DNA of 64,000 nucleotides from Malacoraja senta. Its lineage: Eukaryota. Under the pieces are notes generated by a model. It worked only from the letters and a program-made list of their open reading frames with translations. It made no database searches and was not told the DNA's origin. The stretch is taken from positions 100,688,001-100,752,000 of the forward strand of contig CM075978.1 of NCBI GenBank assembly GCA_038087875.1. Reading direction: 5' to 3'. Shown one piece after another: positions 39,643 to 51,595 of the stretch (the first letter of the stretch is position 1; every line of letters starts with the position of its first letter). A program made the position numbers and the translations under genes.

Positions 39643-40561
39643 GTGAGTATTTAAATTGGTTCTATTTCCAATCTTAACATCACAAGGAATCATGATGTCA
39701 TGTTGTCAGTTTTACAGAGACAGACATCATTAGAAGTTCACACTGCAAAATGGAGAATGAAAATAGGCCAAAATTATTTTTTAACTGAATAATGCAGATC
39801 ACTCGTCACTGTGTTCTGAGACCAGGATGGAGAATGTAATTCGGCATTGCCAGAGACGTATACATAGTGTGAACAGATGAATGTAAAGAAATTACAGTAT
39901 AGGTAGGTTAGTTCCTTCATTTATAATCACTTTGCTTAAGTTTACTTTATTGTCACGTCTACCGAGGTACAGTGAAAAGCTTTTGTTGCATGCTAACCAG
40001 TCAGCGGAAAGACCATACCTGATTACAATCGAGCCGTTCACAGTTTATGCACAGTAACTATTAGTTGCACCGTCTGCCACACTGAGATCAATTACTCGAT
40101 GGTCAGCATGCGCTCAGTGGACTGAAGGACCTGTTTCCATGCTGCATCTCTGCACTAAAGTAAACTAAACATTACCACCTCAATGATCTATCTGTACTAT
40201 TTCCATACCCTCTTGTTCCTCCAATATACAGAGATCTGCTTATCTCTGTGTAGAGAGCAACAAAGGACTAAATACATGACTAAACAAAGCTAAATGAAAA
40301 ATGAAATCCCCATTGTGAGGCAACACCTCCCAACACTGGAGGGAGAGAGAGAGAAAGAGAAAGAGAAAGAGAATGAAAGATAATCGTGAACAGGGAGAAA
40401 GTTGCAATCAGCTGCAATCATTATTTTAATATCAGATGCTAACCATCACTTTTACATGAGGTTATCTAATGTCAAAGGATGAATGTATTTTAAGTTGAAA
40501 CACATAAAGTATTTAGCAACCCCAACATTAGTGTTCATCTATTGATATTTTCCCTTTCAAG

Positions 40562-40906
40562 TTGCAAATCCTCCGATCCTGATCCAATTCCCGAGGCTGG
40601 AGCGTGTCACTGAGGGTCACACGGCACGGCTACGGTGCTCCATGGAGAACGCTGAAGTGGGAAACACTGACGTCCACTGGTACCGTGAACTACCCGGGCA
40701 GGACATGGAGTGGGTTTTAACACACAAGGCAGGAGGCAGCGTACGAAGGAGACCAGGCTTCACTGAGCGGTTCCAGCCGTTCAAAGACGCCTCCAACAGC
40801 AGCTTCATCCTAACGGTCACAAACGTGATGCTCAATGACTCTGCCGTCTATTACTGCACAGTGTGGGGAGATATCAGAGGGAATGGAACCCAACTCAATG
40901 TAACCA
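40562..40906 (+). CDS. V2 exon: complete VJ-type Ig domain
   Basis: Acceptor ccctttcaAG and donor GTGAGT at 40907, phase 1/1. RLRC, VHWYRELPG, DSAVYYC, RGNGTQLNVT. Confidence 0.92.
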
Positions 40907-42607
40907 GTGAGTACAAATTATAGTTGGTTTTATTCGCCTATGTGTAACTCTATTGGGTGTAATTCACTTCCCTTGAATTGGCACAAGTACCGGGAGTTCT
41001 GAGAGAGTAAGGAGATCATACTGGAGCCCTGATGCTGGAGACCAAAACATTGTGGCCCCTCACTAATGGTGTGAGCACTGATATGGTAACTGATCTGTAT
41101 GTGAGTTCTGGGTTGTGGGAAATAAATTTCAATGTGCAGTGTGTTCTTCATTGTAGAGAAAACTAGAAACATTGTTCAGTGCTCAGTGTAATAGCAGGGC
41201 ACTGCTCACAGCTCTTTGAGTTAAGGTACAGGAGAGCAGAACGACAACTTGTCATGGCTTTAGATGAACTAATGTTGCCTCCTTATTTCAATGGTTCAAT
41301 GGTTCAATAGTTCTTTATTTGTCACACGTGCAACTGTGCAGTGAAATTCTTTTTGCATATTACACATGCAGCGCCGCCCTGTTTTGGCGCCTTCATTCAA
41401 AGTGCAACGTCCGGTCAGCCCACAGCACTTTGAATGAAGGCGCTGGAGACATTTCCCTGGTTCAACCTCGCACCGGCCCTTGCTCCTTGTGTCTGACGTC
41501 TCCAGCTCACTCCCGGTCATGCCAACCGATGAGCCTTTTGACGGGTTCCCAGTCCCGCCGACCGACGAGCCTTCCGGCTTGTTTTCAATCAGGAATCACT
41601 GATACTTGTACGACTCACAGAGCAGAGGCAACAACAACAATGTAGTCACTGGAGCCAAGGCCAGGCCTCTGGGACTGGCTGAGAAGAAACAGGTTACACG
41701 TTGATCACCTGTGTTCATGCTCTCCCTCAGGCTGACAGTTCATTGTTGTCTGGATCTGAGTCTTTGCTCATCTGTATTGTGTTGATGCGGGCCCCTAATC
41801 CATGTTAAATAGTGTGAAGCACGGTTGAAATTCCCCCTCAATATAATGTCCATGTTCCAGTGAAGTAGATAACTCATTGCACCATCGGCAGTAAAGGAAA
41901 GATAAGAATCCGACACAAAGGCAGAAGAATAGGGTAGGTATAAGAACAGTAAACGTGGATGTATGAAATGGACATCATGGGTGAGAAATCTTTTAAAGCT
42001 CACGTTGTTAGATGTTTTAAACTAGCAAAGTAGGGTAGAATCTCCTGGTGTAACTGGAATGAACAGCAGGTATTCAAGCTGAGAGGCTGTGACTAGTGAG
42101 AGGTGGTGCAGGGTTTGGTGCTGGGACCCTCACTGTTCACAATCGAGGATGAGGAGACCAAGTATAACATATCCAGGTTAGTTGGCAGGTGATGCAACAT
42201 GTGAGAGGCTGCAAGGGGCACAGACAAGTATAAAGAGCAGGACAAGCCAGATGGGCTATATCTTCATTCAAAGCATTTTTTTGAATGTTGTGAAACTGTA
42301 AGGTCGGAAGAATCTGGGTGTTCTCATACACAAAATAACTTAAAATCAACATGTAGATAGAATGAGCAGTTTGGAAGGCAAATAATATATTAAAAAACAA
42401 AAGGCACAAGTTGTTGGAGTAACTCAAAAGGTCAGCCAGCAAGTCCGGAGAACATGGATAAATCTGACATCCTCGATAATCTTACTCTTCAATTATCCTG
42501 AGCCTCCCTGGGAAGTATGTGATGGTATTCAAATTTTAGAAACTGTTACACACTAAATGCTGGAGAAATATGATGCCTTCCATTGAGCTCTATGTATATT
42601 CACACAG

Positions 42608-42955
42608 ATCCCCTGGATGATCCGGTCCTTATCCAATCTCCGTCAGTCAGCAAGGTGGCAGAGGGTGTAACTGTGCAGTTGCAATGTGCCTTGCATAATG
42701 CCGGTGTGAATGACACTGACGTCCACTGGAACCAGCAGCGACCTGGGAAAAACAGCGAGTGGGTAATGAGCCACTTTGTGGATGGCAACGTCACCAGGTC
42801 CGGCTGTATCTCTGACCGCTTTAAGTCTTTCAGGAATGCCATGAGCAACAGTTACATTCTGACAATCGCCAATGTCTCCATCAATGATACTGCTGTCTAC
42901 AACTGCAGTGTGTGGAGTTACATCTATGGAGCAGGGTCCCAGCTCAATGTAACTG
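42608..42955 (+). CDS. V3 exon: complete VJ-type Ig domain
   Basis: Acceptor cacacAG and donor GTAAG at 42956, phase 1/1. QLQC, VHWNQQRPG, DTAVYNC, YGAGSQLNVT. Confidence 0.92.
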
Positions 42956-44999
42956 GTAAGTCATTGTTTGCCTGCACAGACTATAACAGCAGCTCACACT
43001 TCAACCTTCATGCAATGACTCACCGACACATGGGAATTCTGTACCACTCCCAGTAAAACAGAGAGTGGGGAAGTTATCCATGGCGTGTAAAGTGCAACAG
43101 CTAGGAAATAGATAAGTGTGTGAAAGGACGAGTACAAGGAAACAAAAATCAAAAGTGTCAAAAGTCTCCGCAAATGGTTTGTGGATGAACAACCCTTTGG
43201 GTTTGAGTTGTCAGAGATGGAAGATATTACCAACTAATAGCATAAAGTCAAATAGTCATACAGCGTGGAAACAGGCCCTACTGCCCAACTTGCCCACACA
43301 GGCCAACATGTCCCAGCTACACTAGTCCCACCTGCCTGTGTTTGGCCCATATCCCTCCTGAAACAAATCAGAGTAAGGAGAGAAAGAGGATAACTTCATA
43401 TGTTGTTAAAAGGAATAGATTAGCTCATAAAATCCAATGGGAGAAGAAATATTATCAAATTCTTAAGAAAAAGCCAAGCTTAAGGTTATGAGTTTGAGTT
43501 TAATTTTTTTTGTCACGTGTACTGAACTACAGTAAAAAGCTTTTGCGTGCTAACCAGTCAGCGGAAAGACAATACATAATTACAATTGAGCCATCCACAG
43601 ATACACGATAAAGGGAATAACGTGAATAACATTTAGTGCTAGATAAAGCCAGTGAAGTCCGATCAAAGATAGTCCAAGGATCTCCAATGTAGATATTAGT
43701 TCCAGAGGAACTCAGCAGGTCAGCCAACATCTGTGAAGGTAAATGGACAGACAGTGGTTCGGGTCAAGACCTCTTCAGACTGATGGAGCAGGAGAGCTGG
43801 TAGAAAGAGGTGAGGGAGTAAGGGTGGGGCAAGAGCTTGCAAGTGACAGGTAGACTCGTATATGGAAGGGTTGATTGTTAGATGAATGATGTGCAGGAGG
43901 GAAAGGGGAAGATATTAACGAAGACTGGAGGTGATAAGCGGAGAAGACAAAAGATAACAAATAATGAAATCTGATAAGGTGTGGAATAAAATGTGGAACC
44001 TGAGGGCGGATGGTGAGGTAGATCGTAACCGGAAGGGGGAGGGGGAGGAGATGTGGCAGATATAGGAACCCAGAGGGGCTAGGGGTGTGTAATGAATAGC
44101 GAGTGGAAAGACAGGTATGTGTGAGAGTTTTTTTTTATCTGCACCTTTGTTGCTTGTCAAATGCCTTCTGAAAGTCCAAATCCACATCAGCTTGTTTTCC
44201 CTTTTCTATGCTGCTAACTACAATCTCAAAAAATCAGCTGATTTGTTGAATATGATTTCCTTTACAAAAACCTTTTGACTCCACCCTGTCCTGATATATT
44301 CCAAATTCCCCACTTACTTAATAATAGATTAATAATAGATTACAGCTCTTCCCTCATCCACGCTTCCCCTGTGTGCTGATCTACACTCTCAACTCATCCG
44401 TCTCACTTGCTGTGCTTCTTGCTTTAAAGTAAATGCAGTTAAACCTACCGGTCCTCTCATGCTCCCCCTCCCATCTCTGCCAATGCTTCCACTGGACTTG
44501 CCTGTTCTATTTTCTACATATGAGTCCTCTTTCATTCTAGGTCCCAACCCCATGTCTCATTAGTTTAAACTCTCTAGAGTAGCACGAGCAAACCCCTCCA
44601 CAAACTCATTCAGAACTTTGTTAGGCCCCATGCACAGGTTATATAATATTGCAGGATCACTGAACTCAGTAACATTGTTCTGGTTTTAAGTATCACAAGA
44701 GCCCATTCCTGTGCTGTACACATCTATAGCCCGAATCAAAAGAATTCCATATTGCATGCTATAGAATGACTTCTTCTTGCGTACACCATGCACAGCCTAA
44801 CAAAACACTACATCTATTTGTTTGTGCACGTTGGGTTGATTGCATTAATCGAAACAGGGTGGACCACGTGAAGGTTGCAATCTCCCACCCCATAGAATGA
44901 CTAAAACAATTCTATAAATTTAGTGTTAGATTCTGTGCACTCTTTACGCATGGTTGTGCTGAGTGGTTTTTTTTAAGAAGACGTATTTTCCCATTAAAG

Positions 45000-46004
45000 A
45001 TGCAAATCCTCCGATCCCGATGAATGAATACTTTATTGTCATTATAACATGTAAACATGTACAATGAAATTAGAAATGCCAACCAGTCAGTGCCCCATTC
45101 ACACATTATCTAAAAGCAAATGTCTAAAATAAACAACTAAAATAAATAACATGAAAAAAAACATTCTTCTGTCGATTTCACTATCCCTTTGGTATGTAGC
45201 GCACCTGCACTCATTTGGTGGCTACATTAAGTGTAGTTATTGCTGTGGGATAAAAACTGTTTTTGAGTCTGTTTGTCCTTGTCCTCATTGATCTGTACCG
45301 TCTGCCTGACGGCAACAGTTCAAACAGGGAGTGACCGGGGTGGAAAATGTCCTTTATGATGTTCTGGGATTTTTTGAGACAGTGGAAACTGTGTAGGTCC
45401 TCCAAGGTGAGGAGAGGGCAGCCGATAATCTTCTGGGCGTTGTCAATAGCCCTCTGGAGCGCTTTCCTCTTAGCCGCTGTGCAGCTGGTGTACCACACGC
45501 ATACACAGTATGTTAAGATGCTCTCTATTAAAAGGATAGCAGCAGTCTCTGGGTGATGTTGTTCTTCCTGAGCACCCTCAGGAAGTACAGTCTCTGCTGG
45601 ACCTTTTTTCAGCAGCGCAGAGGTGTTCACGCTCCATGTCAGGTCCTCCTCAATGTGGATTCAATCCTCCTCAATGTGGATCCAATTCCCGAGGCTGGAG
45701 CGTGTCACTGAGGATGACACGGCACGGTTCTGGTGCTCCATGGAGAACGCTGAAGTGGGAAACACTGACGTCCACTGGTACCGAGAACTACCCGGGCAGG
45801 ACATGGAGTGGGTTTTAACACACGAGGCAGGAGGCAGCGTACGAAGGAGACCAGGCTTCACTGAGCGGTTCCAGCCGTTCAAAAACACCTCCAACAGCAG
45901 CTTCATCCTGACGGTCACAAACGTGATGCTCAATGACTCTGCCGTCTATTACTGCACAGTGTGGGGAGATATCAGAGGGAATGGAACCCAGCTCATTGTC
46001 ACTA
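45000..46004 (+). pseudogene. V4 exon (paralogue of V2) interrupted by a Rex1/Babar insertion after about codon 7
   Basis: 45000-45021 matches the V2 exon start (ANPPI). 45679-46004 matches the rest of V2 (14 differences in 326 nt), with an intact donor GTAAGT at 46005. Confidence 0.85.
45022..45678 (-). mobile_element. 5'-truncated Rex1/Babar LINE inserted antisense into the V4 exon
   Basis: ORF 45211-45630 (LLPSGRRYRSMRTRTNRLKNSFYP). Its tail reads aataaagtattcattc on the - strand, and GAT lies at both junctions. Confidence 0.9.
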
Positions 46005-47803
46005 GTAAGTTCAGTTTACACAAAACTAAATGATCTCTGTTAGTGAAAATATAGAGCATTCCAGGGGTGGGATAGCGGTTTTGCGCGTTCATTATTATTT
46101 CAGTTTACAATATTTACAATGTTAAAAACATTAAAAGTATTGAATCTTGTAGTTTTCATAGTCATACAGCGTGAAAACAGGCCCTTCAGCCCAACTTGCC
46201 CATACCGATTCATTTTTATGTATTTATTTATGCTTTCTAACGAATTAGACAGACAAATACACATCTGATGGCTATTTGTGGAGCATCACTTTTCTGCCCC
46301 GGCTCCTAACTCCAAGCTTACAGTCACACTTTACCTTAGTGTGTTAGCCTGAATCTGACCCCACCATCTTGTGCTCACCGAACTGGGCCCCATCCTTCAA
46401 CATTATAACCTTCCAGGGACAACAATTAATTAAATAATTTCCTATTGGACTCGCTCATCCCCCACCCTCTTTGCTGTTACACCACTACACCTTCTAGTAA
46501 CTGTTAATGTTCCTTGATTGGTAGCAGCATTGAGTGTAAAAGTCAGGATGTCATGCCAGGGATAATGGTGGAGGCAAATATAATAGTGGTGTTTAAGAGA
46601 CTTTAGAGGCTTTTAGTTTGGGATATGTTTCACATGTAGGTAGAGAAGGTTCGTTTAATTTTGCAAAGGGCCGGTTCTGTACTTCCTGACTATACTGTTT
46701 TATGATCTAACCAAGCACTTTCTGCTCCCTTTATCCCTCACATCCCCCTTTGGTCCTTACCCCCTCCCCACTCCCCTCCTCTGTTCCCCACCTCGACTCG
46801 CACATATTTCTCCCCTCCCCCTCCATCTACATTCCTTCCTCTGGCTTCATAACATCAATCATTTTGTCTCACATGGGCATGGATATGAGTGACTGGGACG
46901 TTGTAGCCATGACTGAAACCTGGTTAATGGAGGGGCAGGACTGGCAGCTAAATGTTCTGGGGTACAGGAGCTTCAGGAGAGACAGGGCTGAGGCAAAAAG
47001 AGGACGGAGGTTGCATTGTTGGTTAAGGAGGATGTCACGGCTGTGTTCGGAGGTGACATTACGGACGGTTCGTCTAGTGAGGCTATATAGGTGGAGCTGA
47101 GGAACAAGAAAGGAATGGTCACCTTGTTGGGGGTGTGCTACAGACCCCCAAATAGTCAATGGGAATTAGAAGAACAAATGTGCCAGGAGATTGCAGACAG
47201 CTGCAGGTCAAATAAGGTTGTTGTAGTAGGGGATTTTAACTTTCCCAAGATAGACTGGGAAAATCATAGCGTGAAGGGTTTAGACGGGGTGCAATTCATC
47301 AAAAGTGTTCAGCAGAGTTTTCTTAAGCAGCATGTGGAGGCCCCCAGACATGAGAGGGAAAAGCTGGATCTAGTATTGGTAAAATGGGAAGTGCAAGTTA
47401 ATGAAGTGCATGTAGAGGAGCCTTTTGGACCAGTGTTCGATTATGGTTAAGATAGTTATGGATAGGGACGGAGAGGGTCCACGTGTTAAAATGCTCAACT
47501 GAGGTAAGGCCAACTTTGAGGGTATGAGAGAAAGTCTCGCTAAAGTTGACTGGAGTAGGTTATTTGAGGGAAAAGGAACATCAGCCAAGTGGAGTGACAG
47601 GCAAAGCAGGCAAACGTAAGGAAGCTTAGCTGACGAGGGAAATTGAGACGTTAGTTAAAAACAGGATTGAAGCATGGGACAGGTTTAGGCAACTGGGATC
47701 AAGTGCATCCCTGGCGGAGTTTCGGGAACTAAGGAGTAAACTAAAAAACGGAAATCAGAAGGACAAAAAAGGGCCAGGAGATAGCTCTGGCGGGTAGCAT
47801 TAA

Positions 47804-48885
47804 CAGAGCTGCCAAGTAGTACGGATTATCCGTATTTTGTACGGAAATGCGATAAGAATACTGATGTACGATTTTGTGTTGTTAAATACGGATTTTAAAT
47901 ACGGAGTTCAGTTCAGTCTGAAGAAGGGTCTCGACCAGAAACGTCACCCATTCCTTCTCTCCAGAGTCGCTGCCTGTTCTGCTCCAGGTTTACACAGAGT
48001 GCTATCAGTTTAACACGTGGGAATTTAAACGAAGAGCTGTAGACTGCGCGCTGTGGGTTCCAAATATAGTGCTGCCGGCTGGAGTGCTATGGGCTTTAAA
48101 CATAGCGCTACGGGCTTTACTATGGCCACAGCGCTATGGGTCACAGACTGTTCAGGAAAATTCTCGTATAACAATGAGTCTTTGGAATTCTCTTTGAGCC
48201 TTTGATTCTTTTTCAGGCAGTGGTAGAATTCTGGATAAGCCTAGTGGTGAAAGGTTACCAGTGGGATTGCAGTTACATTGGGATTGGCCTTGATTTTACA
48301 GAACGGCGGGTGGGCTCAAGGGGGAGAGAGGGAGGGGTGGAGAGAGGGAGAGAGGATGCAGAGGGGAGGGGGAGGGGGAGAGGGAGAAGGAGAGAGGGAG
48401 AGAGGGGGGAGAGAAGGAGGGAGGGAATAAGAGAGGGAGGGAGAAAAAAAGAAGCAGAGATAGAGAGAGAGGGAGGGAGAGAGGGAAGGCGGGAGGGAGA
48501 GAGGGGGAGGGGAGGAGAGGGAGAGGGAGGGAGAGAGAGGAAGGAGGGAGAGGAAGGAGGGAGAGAGCGAGAGGGAGCGAGGGAGAGGGAGACTTCCAAA
48601 ATGGATTCTACATCATCATCTGGTGCTAAAAGCAGGAAGCAACCGTTCAAACAGCAGTATACAAAGAGATGGCAATGAATGCACCGTTAAGTAAGGTGTG
48701 TAGAAGACATGTCAATTGGTAGCAAAGTTATGCATTCTTGTACTCTTACATGGGTATGGTCGCACATAAAAAATAACATTTTGTTCAGCAAAATGGCACC
48801 GCATAAAAATACTAATTTCCTCAGCAAAATACTGATTTTCAGGTACTAGAATACTGAAATGCTCTGACAGAACTTGGCAGCTCTG
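47804..48885 (+). mobile_element. Internally deleted hAT-like DNA transposon
   Basis: 14-bp perfect TIR cagagctgccaagt / acttggcagctctg with CATTAA duplicated on both sides. It contains a short transposase-like N-terminus, MDSTSSSGAKSRKQPFKQQYTKRW. Confidence 0.75.
47918..47945 (+). ncRNA. Hammerhead-like core (Penelope-derived)
   Basis: CTGAAGAAGGGTCTCGACCAGAAACGTC. Confidence 0.5.
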
Positions 48886-49749
48886 CATTAAGGACAATCC
48901 CAAAAGACTTTATAAATACATAAGGGGGAAAAGGGTAACTAGAGAGAGAGTGGGACCTCTCAGGAATCAAAGCGGTCACCTCTGTGCAGCCACAGGAGAT
49001 GGGCAAGGTCCTAAATGAGTATTTCTCCTCTGTATTTACTGAGGAGAAAGACAGTAGGACGGAGGAAATTGGAGCAGTCACTGGAAGTGCCTTGAGAGCA
49101 GACAGGGTTACCGTCGAAGAAGTACTGCAGGCACTGTCGTGTTTGAAGGTAGACAAATCTCCAGGCCTGATCCGATATATCCAAAGACATTACGGGAAAC
49201 TGGAGAGGAAGTTGTGGGAGCCCTGATTGAAATTTACGAGTGCAGGAGAGGTGCCTGAAGACTGGAAGTTGGCAAATGTTGTGCCTCTTTTCAAGAAGAG
49301 CTGCAGAGAAAATGCTGGGAACTATAGGCCGGTGAGCTTAACATCTGTAGTGGTTTGTTACTGGAGAGTATTCTGTGGGATACTCTCCAGTAACAAACAA
49401 TTCATGGACAGATAAGGGATAGTCAGCATGGTTTTGTACCTGGGAGGTCGTGTCTCACAAATCTGATTGATTTTTTTGAAGACGTGAACAAAAAGGTTGA
49501 TGTGGGCAGAGCTGTAGATGTTGTGTACATGGACCTACACAGTTAATGGTAGGTCTCTGGGTAGTGTAGTGGAGGGATCTAGGAGTGCAGGTGCATGGTT
49601 CCTTGAAGGTCGAGTCGCAGGTAAATAAGGTGGTCAAAAATGCTTTTGCCACTTTGTCCTTCATCAGTCAAAGTATTGAGTGTAGAAGTTGGGAGGTCGT
49701 GTTGCAGTTGTATAAGACGTTGGTTAGACTGCATTTAGAATATTGTGTT

Positions 49750-50138
49750 TAAGAAGGAACTGCAGATGCTGGAAAATCGAAGGTACACAAAAATGCTGGA
49801 GAAACTCAGCGGGTGCAGCAGCATCTATGGAGCGAAGGAAATAGGCAACGTTTCGGGCCAAAACCCTTCTTCAGACTGATAGGGGGTGGGGGCGGGGGGG
49901 CGGGGAGAAGAAAGGAAAAAGGAGGAGTTAGAGGGAAGGGAGGATCACAGAGGGGGGGGGGGCAGTTAGAGAGGAGGTTGTGAAACTGTCTACTTTGAAG
50001 AAGTTCTCCTCCTCTCTCCGGAGACAGTTTCACAACCTCCTCTCTAACTGCCCCCCCTCTGTGATCCCCCCTTCCCTCCAACCTCCTTTTTCCTATCCAC
50101 CCCCCCCCCCCCCCCACCCCCTATCAGTCTGAAGAAGG
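49750..50138 (-). mobile_element. Penelope-derived hammerhead-bearing insertion with an internal inverted duplication
   Basis: 17-bp TSD atttagaatattgtgtt (49733-49749, 50139-50155). Inverted arms at ~49865-49990 and ~50020-50138. Confidence 0.7.
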
Positions 50139-51317
50139 ATTTAGAATATTGTGTTCAGTTCTGGGCACCATGTTATAGGATATATATTGTCAAGCTTGAA
50201 AGGGTTCCGAAAATATTTACAAGGATGTTACCAGGACTAGAGGGTGTGCGCTACAGGGAGAGGTTGAGAAGGCTGGGTCTCTATTCCATGGAGAGTAGGA
50301 GGATGAGGGGAGATCTTATAGAGATATACAAAATCATTGGAGGAACAGAGGAGGGGAAATGTGGACCAGAAGGCATAGGTTCAAGGTGAAGGGGAAAAGA
50401 TTTAATAGGAATCCGAGGGATAACTTTTTCACACAAAGGGTGGTGGGTGTATGGAACAAGCTGCCAGAGGAGTTAGTTGAGGCTGTGACTATCCGATTAT
50501 TTAAGAAACAATTAGACAGGTACATGGAAAGGACAGGTTTGTAGGGAAATGGACCAAGCGCAGGCAAGTGGGACTAGTGCAGCTGGGACATTGTTGGCCG
50601 ATGTGGGCGAGTTGGGCTGAAGGGCCTGTTTCCACACTGATCACTCTGTGACTCTATGACAATTACCTGTTTTTTCATCTCTGGCCTTTGTCCAACCATC
50701 TTCCTGTCAAAACCCCTCACCTGTATTACCTATTACCTGTCATGCTTTGTCCTGCCCTTCCTCTCTTCTAGCTTTCTATCCTCCCCTCTCCCCACACACA
50801 CAATCAGTCTGAAGATCCCGACCCGAAATGTCGCCTATCCATATTCTCCAGGGATGCTGCCTGACCCGCTGAGTTACTCCAGAACATTGTGTCATATTTT
50901 GCAGGCAGAGATTAGTTTAACTTGTCATCATGTTCGGCACAGATGCAGCCTGTCTCTGTGCTACACTGCTACACTGTTCTATGTTTTATTACAGAAATTC
51001 ACTTTGTTCCACCCCCTGCCCTCCCCCAGGTTCCTGGTTACTTAGACCAACCTGGTCTCTCAGACCAACTCGCTTGCTCAGTTCTGATGAAGGATTTTCA
51101 ACTTGCAGCGTAGATTGCATCTCTCCCCACAGATGCAGCCTGATCTGCTGAGTGTGTTCACCATTTTCTGTTTTTTATCCCAATCTGGGTTGCTTTGGAG
51201 AATGCTATGATGGGGCATCTATGATGGGGCATCAAGCAAGCCTGTGTGTTTCCTTAAAATGATATAAATAAATACAGGTTGCATCTAAACTCTATATAAA
51301 CATTCGATATTTTTCAG

Positions 51318-51462
51318 AACCATATAAAATGTTGTCTTTGAAAATCTTGGGCGGTATTGTAGCCTGTGTCCTGGTATTCGTCCTCTTATTCATCATCTTA
51401 GCAATAGCAGTGTGCTATATGAAAAAATGGGTGTGCTTTCAACACATATTTAAACCCGAAGG
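51318..51462 (+). CDS. Transmembrane exon: PYKMLSLKILGGIVACVLVFVLLFIILAIAVCYMKKWVCFQHIFKPE(G)
   Basis: Acceptor ttttcAG (phase 1) and donor GTGAGT at 51463 (phase 2). About 23 hydrophobic residues with no charge, followed by a KK stop-transfer. Confidence 0.88.
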
Positions 51463-51595
51463 GTGAGTATAATGTATTTTCACATCTTGCTTCAATATGA
51501 TATTGAATTAAGCATGTTGGGCACAGGCGTTGAATCCAGCAAAGACCGGAGGAAAGAGTCGAAGAACATGGAAGTTTCGTGGGATGGAACAGTTC

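Larger units (their letters stand above)
46870..50660 (+). mobile_element. Degenerate CR1 (endonuclease to 3' end) interrupted by a hAT element and a Penelope-derived insertion
   Basis: AMTETWL, VGDFNFP, KVDKSPG, NYRPVSLTS and FFTQRVV fragments occur in order, and the text is continuous across both insertions. Confidence 0.85.

Noticed and set aside
39292-46004. Rearranging Ig/TCR V-segment cluster or germline-joined light-chain locus
   Set aside because: Each exon includes the J motif and ends in a splice donor. There are no heptamer-spacer-nonamer flanks and no C1 exon before the TM.
48202-48678. 158-aa and 125-aa ORFs
   Set aside because: Mostly GA-rich low complexity within the hAT remnant. 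Only the last ~25 codons look transposase-like.
39292-51462. Assigning NCR3/NKp30, CD8, CD28 or another symbol
   Set aside because: Four V domains, an uncharged TM and an intrinsic ITAM do not fit those genes, and no search could be run.
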